Below are positions 1 to 15,953 of a DNA stretch of 64,000 nt, one piece after another. Origin of the DNA: the human T2T-CHM13v2.0 reference genome, Homo sapiens; contig CP086569.2 of the NCBI GenBank assembly GCA_009914755.4, positions 24,704,001 through 24,768,000 of the forward strand. The letters are read 5' to 3'. The stretch's first letter is position 1; every line of letters begins with the position of its first letter. The notes under the pieces were generated by a model. It was not told where the DNA came from. It ran no database searches and was given only the letters and a program-made list of their open reading frames with translations. The translations under genes and the position numbers were made by a program.

Positions 1-1077
1 AAAACAAAAAACCCTCTGGCTTTGGAAGGCTTTCTCAGTAATGTCCTGGAATTAAGGTTACAGGCTGCATTTCATGTTAACTGAACAGAAAACCAGCCTC
101 CAACATCCTTCTGCCCCATGGCTTGCTCTCAGCTCCTCTTGGTTGGGCCTAGGGCAGTCAGACTGTCTGGTTCCAATCCTTGTTCTGCCACCTGTGACCT
201 TGGACAAGTTACCTACTTCCAGTTGCCTCATCCATAAAATGCAGATATTATTAATACCCTCTTTTAAAGAGGTATTCAATCCTTATTAAGAGGATTGAAA
301 GAGCTAATAAAAAGACTTGGTAAGCATAGGCACAGAGGGAAAGAAAAAAAGTAAAAATAAATAAATAAAAAGACTAGTGTCTAGCACATAAAAGTTCATC
401 AGGAATTAATTCTATAACATGAACTCAATTTTGCAAAACTTCAAAGTACATATAACTTTTACTAGGGTATACATAACAATAATAAATTTACAACTGTAGA
501 CATGTTTCTCTACAGTAAATAAAGACTAAACAATCAGATACTAAATCATTAAGTGATTATCAGTTAGTAAATTTAATTTTCTTAAACTTCTATATTTTCT
601 ATAGATCATCTTTGTAAGAGAAAAAAACCAAATGAAAATGAAATGAATTCTCTCAAAAAGAATTAAGACAGGAAGAAGACTCACAAAGTAACACAAAATA
701 TATCTTATGGTTTATGTAAAATTCTTAATAAAAGTACCTTCTTTGCTCCAAGCTGCACTCTGGCTTTGCCTTTGTCTCAGGTGTGTTTTATTTGTATGAT
801 GGCTAATTCTATCGAGTAGGCACTGCTTCAGCTCTACAGGAAGAACAAAACATCTTTAGAACACAGCAGTGTTCCTGGTTCCCACTTGAGAAGGCCTAAC
901 CAAATGGCATATAACTTAACAGTAGCAGACCAGTGTTAAAAAGTCTGGAGTCAAAGGGAAAAGGTAAAATTGGAACGTTTCCAGAATCTCACAAAAAAAC
1001 AACAAACCAATGTTCTAAGTGCCCAACATGAACAAATTAGAACCTTAAATAAAGGTCACTGTTAATGCCTATCCTAG

Positions 1078-1417
<340 letters not shown>

Positions 1418-3684
1418 CCTTTTTCATTCTTGAAAGTAGAAGCTATGAAAAAAAAAAAAACACTAAAATGTCTTTAAGAGAACAGTCTACTTACGATCTA
1501 ACTTACATAATCAAAACACTCAATTGAGGGTGAAAATTGAGTATAATAATAAAATAATCACCAATTTTGTGAGAGGTTCCATACATAATGCTCCTCCACC
1601 CAATACATACCTTAAAAAGAAAAAAGGAAACATACAAAATTATCTTGAGAAGTATTCCTGCTTAAACAATTTCCATGTGGCATTATTAAGAAAGTATGCA
1701 CACAGTAAAGACAAGAAGAGAACACGTAAGCATGAACATACTTGTTAGGCATATAGGACTATAAGTAATTTAAAAATTCTAATGGTATTACTCTTATGTA
1801 ATTGCTCTGAAATTCTAGTCAATTGTTTGAAATGGCAATCAGAACAGAATACTTTGAAATTTTTATGATGTCAAAAACTAAAAACGTGGCCCTAAATATT
1901 CCAAAGAATCAGAGCAGAAGAACCCATTTCCTTAAATGGCATTTGAGTGTTCTTTACAATGCAAACTTTCTCTCTCAACCTGTGATGGCCAGGAGTTTTT
2001 CCTCTGACAATAGCACTGATCTTACCCTATTCAAAATATGAACATCTGCAAGGTTTCATGGTTAAAATTGTTCTTATCCATTCTGTTGTGAGAATCGAAT
2101 GGTTCACACCATGCGGCTCCTCTCTGGGACTCCTCAAGTCCTTTCTAGGTCTGAAGACTGTTCTCTGAACCAAAGACAACTTCTGGGGATGTACCAAATC
2201 TCCCATTAGAAAATTATTTAGATCAAGATGTTTTAACCTTTTAATTCTTTCTCAAACAAAATAATTTCATTTCTCCTTTAATGTTATTTTAAATTTCAAA
2301 ATACACAGATAGCATACCTAAAGTAAAATCAAGGGAATGATAGTTTTAGAACAAAAACTGTGGTAATTTTGAAAACACAAAAGCTAAGACCACTGATTAG
2401 ATCTATGTGGACACCAAGTCCACCACAAATGGTTCTGTCCTCCGGGGCTCTGCCCACACCTTTCCCTTGCTTGAGATTCCTTCTGCTTCCTACCCTTCCA
2501 AATGCTGTATTTCCCCCCAGAAGACTTGCCAAGACCACTCTAGCCTGCGCATCTTCTGTTCCAGCTAACCAAAGGCATCCTTGCATTGACTAAACCAAAT
2601 TATTTTGCAGAGAAGGCATCTAAAAACTTCTACTGTAGACCATTCACCTTAATAATTGTTATCATGACATTATTCAATAATAAAATGAGGGAAAGAAGTC
2701 CTCTTTAACTCCCTTGCCCTAGAGAATCCAAGCAAGTGGCTTTCCCACTTGCTTTGCTCAAACCCTGGGAGCTTTCAAAGTGAAAGTTTAATGGAAGGAA
2801 AAGAAAATCTAAAAGAAAAACTCTCCGAAAAATTAAACTCAGGTAAAGAATCATGGGATTACAAATTTTTATTCTTTGTGTATCTGATTTCTGAAACATT
2901 TGAAATCTCTCTCTCACTCCTTAAATCTGCCACTGGGCTAAGAGAGTATTGTATATAATGTGCACTCATTGATTTAACAGAATTAGAACATCCAGGCACT
3001 CACTCAGATTTTGGTTCCACAACTGCTCAAAGTCTAGTCATTTAGTTAATGAGTTAACACCACACTTGATCTTCAAATTTTGGAGATGCTGATGGTAGAC
3101 AGGAACTTGTTTTGGGAAAAGGAAGTATATGGTAGACATTGTCACCCATTATCCAACCAACACCACCTTTCCTTTAAAGTACCCCACTCTTCCTTTAAGG
3201 TTGCAGAGTCTCAGAAAGTAGGAAGAAAGGAAGTTTTTGCATTTTCAGGTCAAAAGACAGTACATTTGTACAACTGCATAATACCTATGCAAATGTTTGT
3301 TGAAATCTAAACAGAAGACAGAAGTAGTTCTAGTACCTTCACTACATAAGTAAGATAAGTAAACTTTTCTTTAATATACACTTTCAGCAGCACTGACACA
3401 TAAAAGTGGTCAACTCTACTACTGTATTAAATGGCATTCATTTCATCAATATGTGTTCCAAATTCTTACTGCTCTTTGTCTCCAAAGGGTTCCTACTGAA
3501 TATTGAGACAGTTCAAGAATACTAGGGAAAAAAATTCTAATAATTGAAGTAACGGTCATCTAAGGATAATATGCCACATATACAGACATAGTAATATTTT
3601 CAACTTAAAAAAATTCAGTTATCAAAGCTGTACAGCAAACACTATCCTAAGCTTTGCCTCTTCAGGCATTTGCTTTATAATCAC

Positions 3685-3995
3685 TTCAAAGAAAAGTCAG
3701 TCACAAAATGCCACATTTTGTATGATTCTATTTATATGAAATGTCCAGGATAGGCAAATCTACAGAGACAGAAATTAGATCAGAGATTGCCAGGATGAAC
3801 GGCGGGGGAGACAAGCACACAGAGCGACTGCTAATGGGTATGGGGTTTCTTTTTGGGGAGAAGAAAAGGTTCTGAAATTAGCTAATGGTAATGGCTGCAT
3901 AACTCTGAATATACTAAAAACCACTGAACTGTACACTTCAAAGGGTGAGGCTTATCATATAAAAGCTGTACCACAATAGTTTGAAAAATGTTTGG
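3685..3995 (+). mobile_element. Ancient L1 (L1M/L1P-type) 3'-end fragment.
   Basis: Matches the characteristic old-L1 3' UTR motif ...tgtatgattctatttatatgaaatgtccaggataggcaaatc.acagagacagaaa...tgctaatgggtatggggtttctttttgggg...actaaaaaccactgaactgtacactt. Confidence 0.6.
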
Positions 3996-4814
3996 GTATG
4001 TCAAGAAATAAACAATAGGATCATAGCTCAAAGATATGGGATATAAAATATATGGAACAAAACTGCTCAATAATCTATCTAGAATCACACAATGCTTAAG
4101 CTTTACCCTGACTAAAATTGCAAGCTTGGTGTTTTATTGGTATTTCACATTTTTTACTTCTTCCTAAGTCAGCCAATAATTCCTCCTCCTTACTTAATAT
4201 TTGACTATGAAGACCAAGCCATTTTGATTCTGCCTCCAATGGGCTTTCACATTTCATTCCTCCTTCCACTCCCATGACTACCACACCAATGTAAGTTCTC
4301 CTCACTTCACTCTAAGACAACAGCATGGCCCTCAACTACCGTCACACTCTTCTAGGCTCTGTGAGCACAATGTGTCTCATATTCTCTTCTACTGTCACCA
4401 GATTTATTCGAAAACAGTTTCTTTACTCTTACTCCCATTTCTCAACCAGTTACATAGAAAGATGAATATCCAGGGGTAATAGTTTACTTACCTGAAAAAA
4501 AAAATCTGTCACCAATCCACAGAACTGTTTGAGTACAAAATATTACATCCGCAATATTTCCTACAACTCTTCTACATGAATCCTACCCTCCTTGTGTTAT
4601 AGCTCAAATTGGTTTCGTATACTCTGAATTCCTCGTTCTCTTTCCTAGATACCTGATTTTGTTTACTCTTCACCTACGTAAATAATTTTCCTGCAACCTC
4701 CCCCAGCTGACCAAACCCCAGTCACATTTCACTGCCCAGCTGAGATCCCACCTACTTCATGAAGAGCAACTCTTTGCAGCTTTAAACCTCAGATAAATTA
4801 AGTCCATGCTTAGC

Positions 4815-5117
4815 TTTTCTTTTTCTTTTTTGTTCAGATGCAGTTTATCTTTGTCACCCAGGCTGGAGCGCAGTGGCACGATCTCAGCTCACTGCAGACT
4901 CTGCCTCCCGAGTTCAAGCAATTCTCCTGACTCAGTCTTCTGAGTAGCTGGGATTACCAGTATGCACCACCACATCTGGCAATTTTTTTGTATTTTTGGT
5001 AGAGATGGGGCTTCACCATCTTGGCCAGGCTGGTCTCGAACTCCAGACCTCAAGTGATCCACCCGCCTCAGCTTCCCAAAGTGCTGGGATTATGGGTGTG
5101 TGCCACCGTGCCTGGCC
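4815..5117 (-). mobile_element. Alu SINE, full length, minus orientation.
   Basis: T-rich head, then gtcacccaggctggagcgcagtggcacgatctc ... gcttcccaaagtgctgggattatgggtgtgtgccaccgtgcctggcc. Confidence 0.9.
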
Positions 5118-6533
5118 CATGGTTAGCCTATGATAATCAATGTGGAACTTACAGTTCTTAGTACTTTTAATCTCCTTTTATATAGCTGGCATTTCATATA
5201 ATGAAAAACACTTTACTAGGACTCAGAAGATTTATTTAGGTAAGTCACAAGCTGACTTATTATTCAAATTATTCATCCAAATAATGAGGACCATAACACA
5301 CTGTGGCAAAAAAGAATCAATGAAGAAACTATGTAACATATTTTAAAACTGAAAATGGCATGATTCATAACCTCATGTATTCGTCTCGATTCTAGGTGGT
5401 ATACTAAGATCATAAACTTACATTCTTGGGATTCTTACAACCAAATGTTGAAAAGCTATACTGGTCTATTTTATAATCACATTTTAAAATGTTTTCATAC
5501 ATTTATCCTGAATTTGCAGATTTTTATGCAAATCTTTTCTTTGATCATTTTTTTTTTCTCAAATAAGATTCTGAACAAAAAATGACCTGTTTTCCTTTCC
5601 CTATGCTTATGGGGATATTGAGTCAACATACACAATTTTATAAACCAGCACATAAAACTAAAGCACAATACTTATGTCCTTTCTCCCCAATCAGGAAGGG
5701 CTTCATTACAAAGACATTTTGAAATTCAACTATGACAAACAAAAGAACTATGGCTTGGTGGCTAGTTATAGGCCGCTGTAGTGAGCAAGAGACACAAAGT
5801 TTAAACATTTACTATTTTTCAGTCTTCTGTTTATTTTGTATACATAAGTATTTGGCTGGGTTACCTAACACTGAACTTCCAAAATTGACCATTAGGTTGT
5901 ATGCCAAGAGAAGTACTTTTTATAGCAATTTTACTGCCAAAACCAAAACAGCCTAGAGAAGATTTAAAGTTAACAAAATAGTACACAATTCTAAACAACT
6001 CTGCTTCACACCCAACCTGGGACTTCCACTCCCCGTAATAGTATATTTGTGATCAACTTTGTAACAAGCTGACAAAGGGAGACCTCTGACATCTGCTCAT
6101 GAAGGAATCACTTCAGTATGTCCTGCTCTGCAGCAGAAAATGCATGGGGATCACTCAGAACTTCAGATTTCTCACAGAGCAGCATTTCCCAGAGTAAGCC
6201 AGAAGACACCATCCTCTGAGATGTTGTCAGGAACACTAATAAACAAATTTGGGAAAAATAGAAAATGGCATTAAGGCTCCAAGAAGTCCTTTGGTAAAAG
6301 ACATTTTGAAGCTGGCTTCCCCAAAACCTTGCAATCCCCACAAAACAAATATCTATTACCATACCACTATATTAGCACTCACAGAACATTTGGGGAGATT
6401 TGGCAAAGATTAGGCTGCAGGCGTCAGGTAAGTAAACTCTTAAAACACAATATTGAAAAAAATAGAAATTTAAAAATTTAAACAGAAAAGCAAAAGATAA
6501 GTAAATAAATAAAAAATTTTAACAGACAACATT

Positions 6534-6845
6534 GGGCTGGGCAAAGTGGCTCAGACCCATAATCCTAATACTTTTTCAGTCTCAGCAGGGTGGATCACTT
6601 TAACCTGGGAGTTCGAGACCAACATGAGCAACATGGTGAAACCCTGTCTCTATCAAAAATACAAAAATTAGCTTGGTATGCTGGCATACACCTGTAGTCC
6701 CAGCTTCTTAGGAAACTGAGGTGGCAGGATGGCTTGAGCCGGGGAGGCAGAGGTTGCAGTCAGCTGTGATTGCACCACTCACTCCAGCCTGGGGCAACAG
6801 AGAAAGACCCCGTCTCAATAAAATTAAGTAATTAAATAATAAAAT
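6534..6845 (+). mobile_element. Alu SINE, plus orientation, with an A-rich tail.
   Basis: ggctgggcaaagtggctcagacccataatcc ... cactccagcctggggcaacagagaaagaccccgtctcaataaaa. Confidence 0.9.
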
Positions 6846-7619
6846 CAATATTCCTTTACTGTGTGGGGAAACTCAAAATGAGCTCAGCACATCCACATGT
6901 AATACTAAGGTTTTTTTTTTAAACCCACACTTCTTGTTTCTCTGAACTTTTACACATGGATATCATGTCCAGACAACTATTCCGTAGTATCAGCACCACA
7001 GTTAATATGTATTCTGATTATTCAGAATGATTCTTAACAGGATCTTAGCCCCCAAAACACATACATAAGTATGTAAAGCAAATACAACTAAAAATAACTA
7101 GCAACAAAGCTCTTCTGGAGAAAGTTCTGAAGTCTGAAGTAGTCACTCATATTTTTACCCTAAATGCAACTATTACTATCTCAACCATAGAAATGATCAA
7201 AGTAAGGGCTGGAGATATTTAGATTTTAATCACCATAAGGTGGATTATGTCAAGTAATGGAATTAGTCAGCTGAGTGTTTGAAAATCCTCAGGTTACTTT
7301 CAATTGCTCATACTTTAAGGGTCTACAGAACATTTCATAACTAACCTAGCAAACTGTGACTTTTCCCCACTTCTGTAAGACTTTCAATCACAAAAAAGAA
7401 GCAATACAAATTTCAGTAAAACTACATGACAATTACCATTTGATTCTACTACACTGCAACTATCACCTCTAGAAGTAATCAGCCAACTCCATAGGTCCAT
7501 GAGATTTCCCATGATTATTCCTAGAAGTACTAATTAGGATCACAGGTATGTGGGGACCACTCTGTAATCATAACATTCTCTAAACCTTCAATCATAATTT
7601 ACATTTGAAAAACCTTTGG

Positions 7620-7735
7620 TTTTTATGATTAAAAAGTATGTATGAATATATATATATATGTATGTATGTGTAAATATGTGCATGTGTGTGTGTATATATA
7701 TGTGTATATATGCATATATATAACACTAAAATCTC
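7620..7735. repeat. (TA)n/(TG)n compound microsatellite.
   Basis: tatatatatatgtatgtatgtgtaaatatgtgcatgtgtgtgtgtatatatatgtgtatatatgcatatatata. Confidence 0.85.
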
Positions 7736-7927
7736 TACCTGTCAACAACATAATGCTTTATAACCAGTGGTTCCAGATGTAGGCCCCAGAACAACAGTAT
7801 CAGTTTCACCTGGGAACTTCTTAAAAACGTAAATGCTCAGGCAACACCACAGACCTACTGAATCAGAAACCCTGGGACTAGCTCTCCAAATGATTCTGGT
7901 GCATACTATATTAAAAAAAAAATGTAA

Positions 7928-8080
7928 CCCAGGCACAGCAGCTCATGCCTGTCATCCCAGCAACTTGGGAGGGCAAGGTGGGAGGATCACTTGAGCCCAG
8001 GAGTTCAAGAACAGCCAGAGCAACATAGTGAGACCTCATCTCTACAAAAAATTTTTTTAAACTAAAAAAAAAAAAAAAAA
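7928..8080 (+). mobile_element. Free left Alu monomer (FLAM-like) ending in a poly-A run.
   Basis: cccaggcacagcagctcatgcctgtcatcccagcaacttgggagggcaaggtgggaggatcacttgagcccaggagttcaagaacagcc...tctctacaaaaaat, then a poly-A. The right monomer is absent. Confidence 0.7.
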
Positions 8081-8889
8081 GCATTTAAAGTAAACACTTA
8101 ATCACTTAAACTTATGATCCTGAGAGAACAGGTAACACCACTCAAACAAATGGAGGATCAAATGGAAAGTTATCCTAAAAAGCAAATAAGCAAGCTTAAT
8201 TAATTTTAAGAACATTGTTAATACTATATACTATTTAGAAGATTTTAAAATAATCTATAAAAGAATATGTACATTTATTATCAGATAATGGGTGAGAGTC
8301 ATAAAGGTAAAATTAGTACAGAAAAAATGAAATGAAAACCAAAGCAAATAAAAATGAAGTTAAAATCAGGCCCAAACAGAACAGTGTTGTGGTAAACTTA
8401 TGTAACATATGAAGGGGCTTCACTTCAATAGAACTATATAAAGGAACCATTGCAATAATGATAGACTAGGTAACTTAGATCAATCCTCTCACTGAGAACT
8501 AGAAAGGTGGACAAAATGTAATGATTACAGGGCTGAGAAAAGGGAATACCAGAGAACAGGGTCTTCTTTTTTACCCTTTGGGTTTTCTTGCAATGACAGC
8601 AGAGAAGAAGAGGTTAACAAGCTGAGCTAGAACTCACAGCCTCACAGAGCTCACAGGGAGATAAACATTGGAGCTCAGCATCCACTGAGGAGAGGCCCTG
8701 TTAAGTCTCCCACTCCTTAGGTTGGGAACCTGAAGAACAAACTGCAAATTGCCCCGACAGGGAATGATGGCCAGATTTAATCATCTCAATCCCTGATTGT
8801 TAATTTCCAAGCCCCTGGCAGGGGAAATGTAAATCCTCTCTGGAGAAGAATATCATCCAAGGCTTCAAATTAGCTCTACAATTTTTCCA

Positions 8890-9660
8890 TATATAATGTC
8901 TATCACTAAAAATAGAAAGCCACATGAGACTTAAAGATGACACAACAGAAAACAAGAGAAGCAAACAACAGACACAAAACCACAAGGGATCAAGATAACA
9001 GAGTTAGCAGACACAGTTCAATATAACTGCTGAACATGAGCAAGGAAAGATGGGACAAGACTAAAAACCTGGCAGAGAAATGCAAATTATAAAATGAACC
9101 ATATGAAATTCTGCAATTTAGAACTACCAAAACTGAAATTAATAACGTAATGGATAAGCTTAACCACAGCAGTAACCTAGCAGAAGACAGATTCAGTAAA
9201 CTGCAAAAAGTTCAGAAAGACAAAAAGGTGGAAAATTGAGAAAATAAAAGACAACATATTGAAAAGTTTATCACATACGTAGAGCACTGGAAGAAAAACA
9301 AGAATGGGACAGAAGCAAGAGCTGAAGATATGGTTGTGGAGAATTTCCCAAAACTGATCAAAGACTTCACAAGATTTAACCACCATAAACACTTCAAGAG
9401 AAACAATGGAAGCTGGCATAAGAGAATGATATCTGCGAAGTGCTGAAAGAAGGAAACTGCCCATCTAGAGAATTACGCTCAATGAAGATACTCTTCAATG
9501 ATGAAATAAAAAGCAAGGATTTTTTCTATCTGCAGACTCACACTAAAGGAAATATTAAAGGATATTTTCAGACAGGAGAAAGAGGTTCCTCTGCATCAAA
9601 ACCTGGGGACTCTATTCCATAAGCTCTGTACCCTGGAACTCAGGAATCAAGATTTTACAG
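8890..9660 (+). mobile_element. Ancient L1 (L1M-type) ORF1-region fragment.
   Basis: Degenerate similarity to the L1 ORF1 C-terminal coding region: ...gaaggaaactgcccatctagagaattacgctcaatgaagatactcttcaatgatgaaataaaaagc.... Compare L1 ...gaaaagaattttcaacccagaatttcatatccagccaaactaagcttcataagtgaaggagaaataaaa.... Frameshifted. Confidence 0.5.
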
Positions 9661-10825
9661 AAATAAAAAGAGTTCTTCAGGGAGGGGAAAATAAAGGTTG
9701 AGGGTGACTGGTAAAATTAAGTTTGAGTTACCTTAGTATATTTTAACTCAGAATGAGACTCTCAGGATCTACAAGGATCTCATGAAATTATCTGATTTCC
9801 CATTTGACATCTCAGCCTTCTAAGTTATTCTTAAAGATGAAGAACATTCTAGTTTTCAAAGACTACATCACCAGATGGGTCTAAATAGTTACAAGTCACT
9901 TCCTTACATTGAGTTGAAAATCACCTCTTTGTAATTTGACTTATTAGTTCTAGTTTTATGCCCTGTCTTCACCAAAAATGAATAAAAACTAATGCTTCCA
10001 TATACATACTCCTTCAAATAGTTTAAGACAATCTATCATGAACCAGAACCCCCAAGTTTTCCTCTCCAAATCCACAATTTCACCAGCTATCCTAGGACAT
10101 GGAAAAGAATCTCTTCCCAATCCTGGCTATTATTCTCTAAATGAACCTAACCTTATCTAAGTAGATCTTTCTTAAAGTGCTACCTCAGAATTCAATTCAG
10201 TAATTCTGATGTTGCCTGTAACATCGGAAAATGACTTCCTTAAAAGTACAGTAAGTTGGATTTACCAAGTTGCTGACCAGGGCACATTTCCTCCTGCAGT
10301 CACTCCCATCTTTGTGTTATACTGTATCTCAAGTTCAATTTTGCTTATTATTCATGACTCTCAGGTTGTCACTGTGGACATCAGAGGCCATAAACCTATT
10401 GTTCTGGCTCTTTCCTGTAAATCTTTCTGAGTCATACCTGCTAATCTCCAAAGTCTGTGAATCCCGATACTAATAACTTGGCAATTCAGTTTAAGGTCCT
10501 CTTCAGAAGGACAGTTAGCTCAAAGCAATCACATTCTTCCCAGGCCTCTTAAGAAATACTCCAACCCCAGAAAAGGCCCTTCTGTCTGGTATCAGGAGCC
10601 ATGGGCCACAAACACAAATCCAATAGCATTTCAGCCATTTACCTCCCAAATCATCCCCTCCCTGAAGTTCTAACTAGAGCAGGAAAAAATAATGAAAACA
10701 CCACCTGCAGTCACAAATCCTCCAATTTCCTGGCCAAGATTTCATATTCCCTTCAAGATACCTCCCAAAGAGGACATGACAAGGGAGGGGCACAGAGGGT
10801 GCTACAGGTACTGATAAGGTTCTAT

Positions 10826-11173
<348 letters not shown>

Positions 11174-12149
11174 TGATTTAATGTTTTTTTAAAAAAATGG
11201 TATCTTCCTGTTTTGTGTGTGTGTGTGTTTTTTGTTGTAGGCCTGTGTGCTTCATTCATTCACCCATATGAATCCATAAAGAAGTAGCCATTAGCAACTT
11301 CAGTCAATATATACTGGATTCATGCTTCAGGAAGACAACTCAGTTGACAACCACAACAGTTTCTATGATAACAAAACTGAGAGAAAATACTAACATTAGG
11401 GTCATTTCAAGACAGTTCAATCATAAGATATATCCCCAAGCAAAAATACGCACATGTAAAAGCTAAGTAAGAAGCTTTTAGAAAACTACTACCATCCTTA
11501 AAGTACAACAAAGTATTCTTTTACGTCTGTGTGCTTCATCAAAATACTTCATATAGCCATAGATTTTAAAACATTACATCTTATCTAGATTCCATATTAG
11601 ACCATTAACATTTTTTCTAGATTCCATTCTTATTCTTTTGTAACCTTTTAGTATCTTAAAAGTACTTTATTAAATATAACACATTCAGAAAAGTACATAA
11701 AATATACCTTAAGGTAGACCTTAACAAGTTATTCTAAATTATTTGCTCATGTAACCACCAACCTAGTCCAGAAATATATTACAGCCAGTATCCAAGAAGC
11801 CCACAGATGTACCTTTCAGTTCACACCTCCCTACCTCCCACCTAGATGGACTCCTTACCCTACCCTGTGTGTAATCGCCTCTTTTTTCTTGATAGTTTTA
11901 CTGCCCAAGTATGAATCCATAAAGAAGTGTTCCTCAGTTTTCTTTTATGTTCTATGGCTGTTTGGAGGGCAGCAGACCATTATAATAGGTCAGATTTTCT
12001 TTCACTCTAAGGACCAATTTTCACTCCACTGCAGGCGATATTGCCTGCGCTAAGAATGTATGCCCTAACCAACATTAGTTTTGCCTATTTTTGAACTCTA
12101 TATAGAGGAAATTGTACAAAATAGGTTTTGGGGATCTGGTCTCTTTTGC

Positions 12150-12440
12150 TTAACATAGCGTTCAGGATTCACTCATCTTGTCCCACATGACTGTAAGCCA
12201 TTTTATGAATACCACAATTCTCCATTTTATTGGAATGAACATTTGGGTTATTTTCTGTTTGGGGTTATTATAAATGATGCTGCTCTGAACATTCCTGTGT
12301 CTCCTGGCACATATGTACTCATTTCTTGTGTGGTATATATCCATGAGATTCCTGAACCATAGGGTATGAGTATCTTCCACTTTACGAAACTGTTTTCCAA
12401 AACACTTGTACAAATATATACCCCCATTCATAGGATATAG
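12150..12440 (-). mobile_element. Ancient L1 ORF2 C-terminal fragment; L1 sense is on the minus strand.
   Basis: Plus-strand text matches L1 antisense ...ggacatttgggttattt.ctgtttgg.gttattataaatgatgctgct.tgaacattc.tgt.... The minus-strand ORF 12162-12431 reads ...IIYNNPKQKITQMFIPIKW..., which is L1 ORF2-like. Confidence 0.55.
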
Positions 12441-13029
12441 AGTCTCATAAAAATTTTCTTACCTTAAAACATAAGCAAAATGTCTCCTATCTCTTCTTCT
12501 TCTTTTAAGATCTGAAGATCACTGTGTAAAGGACTATCAGGGTCAACCTTCAGAATTCCAAAACAAAAAACAATTCAAACAAAAAGATTATTATTATTAT
12601 TTGTATTAATTTTACTAACTCAAAAATGAACCAATCTGAAAGCTAAAATACAGCACCTAGGGTAATTTCCAGAAAGAGGAGACCTTAAGCTGCTTTATAT
12701 CCCCAGGAAAACTAGAGGCCACTATAGCTTCCAGCTCCTTTAGAATAAATGTCCCAAAGAGATTATAATAGCCTAAATCTAATCTAATAAGGGGGTTCAG
12801 AGTTTGCAGTCATTCTAAAGGAAAACAGTCGCATGTATATAATTTTCTCAAGAATTCAAAAAAAGTTTAATATGCTTTCCTAAACTTGTATTACTAGCCA
12901 AGTTGTTCAAGGAGAAAAATTTGCCATGGACAGAGCTGTCAAAAAAGTTAAATCACCAAAAAATTGGTATTTTTCTACAACTGTCCTACATACACATATA
13001 TAAATATGTATCCCACCTCCCACTCTCCT

Positions 13030-13186
13030 TTTTTGTTTGTTTGTTTTATGACACAGGGTGTCTCACTCTGTCACCCAGGCTGGAATATAATGGTGCAATC
13101 ACGGCTCATTGCAGCCTTGACTTTTCCAAGCTCAAAAGATCTTCCTGCCTCAGTCTCCTACCACCCCTAGTAGCTGGGACTGTAAG
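13030..13186 (-). mobile_element. Partial, older Alu, minus orientation, 3' half only.
   Basis: ttttgtttgtttgttttatgacacagggtgtctcactctgtcacccaggctggaatataatggtgcaatcacggctcattgcagcc...cctgcctcagtctcctaccacccctagtagctgggactgtaag. Confidence 0.75.
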
Positions 13187-13816
13187 TGTACTCCACCTAT
13201 ATATTTTAAAAGTAATAACATAACTACCTCCACAATAAGAGTTGATTATGCTGCTTTCAAAACCTGGGGAAAAAATCATAAAATCAACTTGGCAATCATT
13301 ATCTGTATATTGAAATGTATTATTTGTATTAAATTATCAAGCAATATTGCTCAAGCTTTTTGCCAGAAGATAAAAATCACGCAAATATTCACTCTATCAG
13401 GAAGATGGCAAAATAAAATTCCAATGGACCTATAAAAACAATTTCTTTAATTCCAAAATACAAGCAAACTAATCCTATCTTACTCCCTACATCTTTTGGA
13501 ACTTGATTACATTTGAGTTTCACAAAATAAAGCTAGTAAACATTTCCATTTCTGTCCAGTTTTAAGAAACAACATTTATAATCTGACAACAGAAAAGAAC
13601 AAAAGAATGATAAGAAGAACAGGGATTTAGAGATCCTTACCTGTCTTATAACTCTGTGATCTGTATAAGTCCCTGAAATCTTTCTTAAGTCTATCTGAAG
13701 CTTGCACTGACCCAGACACTGCAGCCTGAAACACAAAAGCTGCTGTTTACCAGGGTCTACTGAGCCAAATAATTTAAAGATTTAAGGTATTTCAACCTGC
13801 TCTAAAAGATTACAGT

Positions 13817-14157
<341 letters not shown>

Positions 14158-15664
14158 TCAACAATTTAAGAAGTAAAAGGAAAAAGTCCAATTAAATGAA
14201 GCATTATGAAATTTCAAGGGAATATAAAACTAGACACAAGTCTGGTTCATTTCCATTTTCCTATCACCTAAAAAACTCTAGCCAACATGTTCATACCACC
14301 ATGGACTCCACGATAGCATAGAATTCAGTATGAGTCTATTTCAAACCCCAGCAATTTTTGAGAATACTCAAGATGACAAAATATTAAGTAAAATAGGCTT
14401 CCATTCATAAGACTGCAAGCAAGAATATCACACAGATGGTCTAGTTCACACATGAAGACACTGAGAACCATGTGTGCCTACATGCAACTGGTTTCAGTTT
14501 TTCAGTGCAGGGACTTCTCTAAAGATGAAAACACATTGATATCTTATCCTAAGACTAAATAGAAATGGAACTACTTTTTGGTCATGTGCAACTAAAGCTT
14601 TTAAAGACTGCACTAGAATTTGAAGGGGAAAAAAATCAAGTTTATAAAAATATTACCTCCTAGCTATATAACCCTGAACTAATTTCATATCTATAAAATG
14701 TGAGTTTTTCCTATCTCTAAAGTATAAACAGCACCTATTTCACACAGTGGCTATGAAGACTAAATGAAAAGATCTATAAAGTATTAAGTATGAAGTATTT
14801 AGCATAGTATCAGTCATACAAAATTATTCAATAATTTTTACTTGTTTTGAAGATAACTCAAACTGGACTTGATCACAAGACACAGAAAGTACAATAACAT
14901 TAATTAAAATGCTACAATCTTAGTTTTTTAAATAATCAAAATATGGGGATTAACTAAATTTATTTGCTGTATGAAAAATTACCAATTAAATTAATATACA
15001 AATAAGATTGAAGGAGGGAGAGTTACCTATCTGATTGCAACACTTGACATCTGCTTGCTTAACAATTCATTCCCTGTTTTGGAGAACCTGTGCCCAAGAC
15101 AAAGTAACTGGTCCTCGGATATTGTGGAGTTGGTAAATAGCTCTAATACAAGGCAGGAAGCAGTAAGTGTTCAGACAATCATTTGATGTTTCCCTACTCT
15201 GTCTAAGCATTTTATGAGTAACATGCATCATTTTAATTTATTTTTCATAGCAACCATCCAAAAGATATGTACTGTCTATCCATATTTTAGAGTTGCACAA
15301 AGTGAAACCACAAAAGGTGTGTCTGTCACCAAACTCAGTGTTCCTTTCCCATCCTGCCACTTCACATAAAAGAGATGTTAAGTCAAAAGAGAAACCCTAC
15401 TTTTGGTTTGGTCAGAGCAGGATGGATCAAAGTCAGCTTCATGAAGGAGAAATAATTTGAGTTGTGTTTTGTAGGAGAGAATGAACTTGAATATACAGAT
15501 GCCACAGAAGGAAGGTAAGCAGAGAACACAGCATAGACAAGCTGGAAAGGGGCATATACAGGGATCAGCAGGTGGTTCCAGGATGTGAAGAGCAGATCAA
15601 CAGGGTAAAAAGTGGCTATTCATGGATGAGAAAGATAACCTTGGGCAACAAAGCATATGAGTGT

Positions 15665-15953
<289 letters not shown>
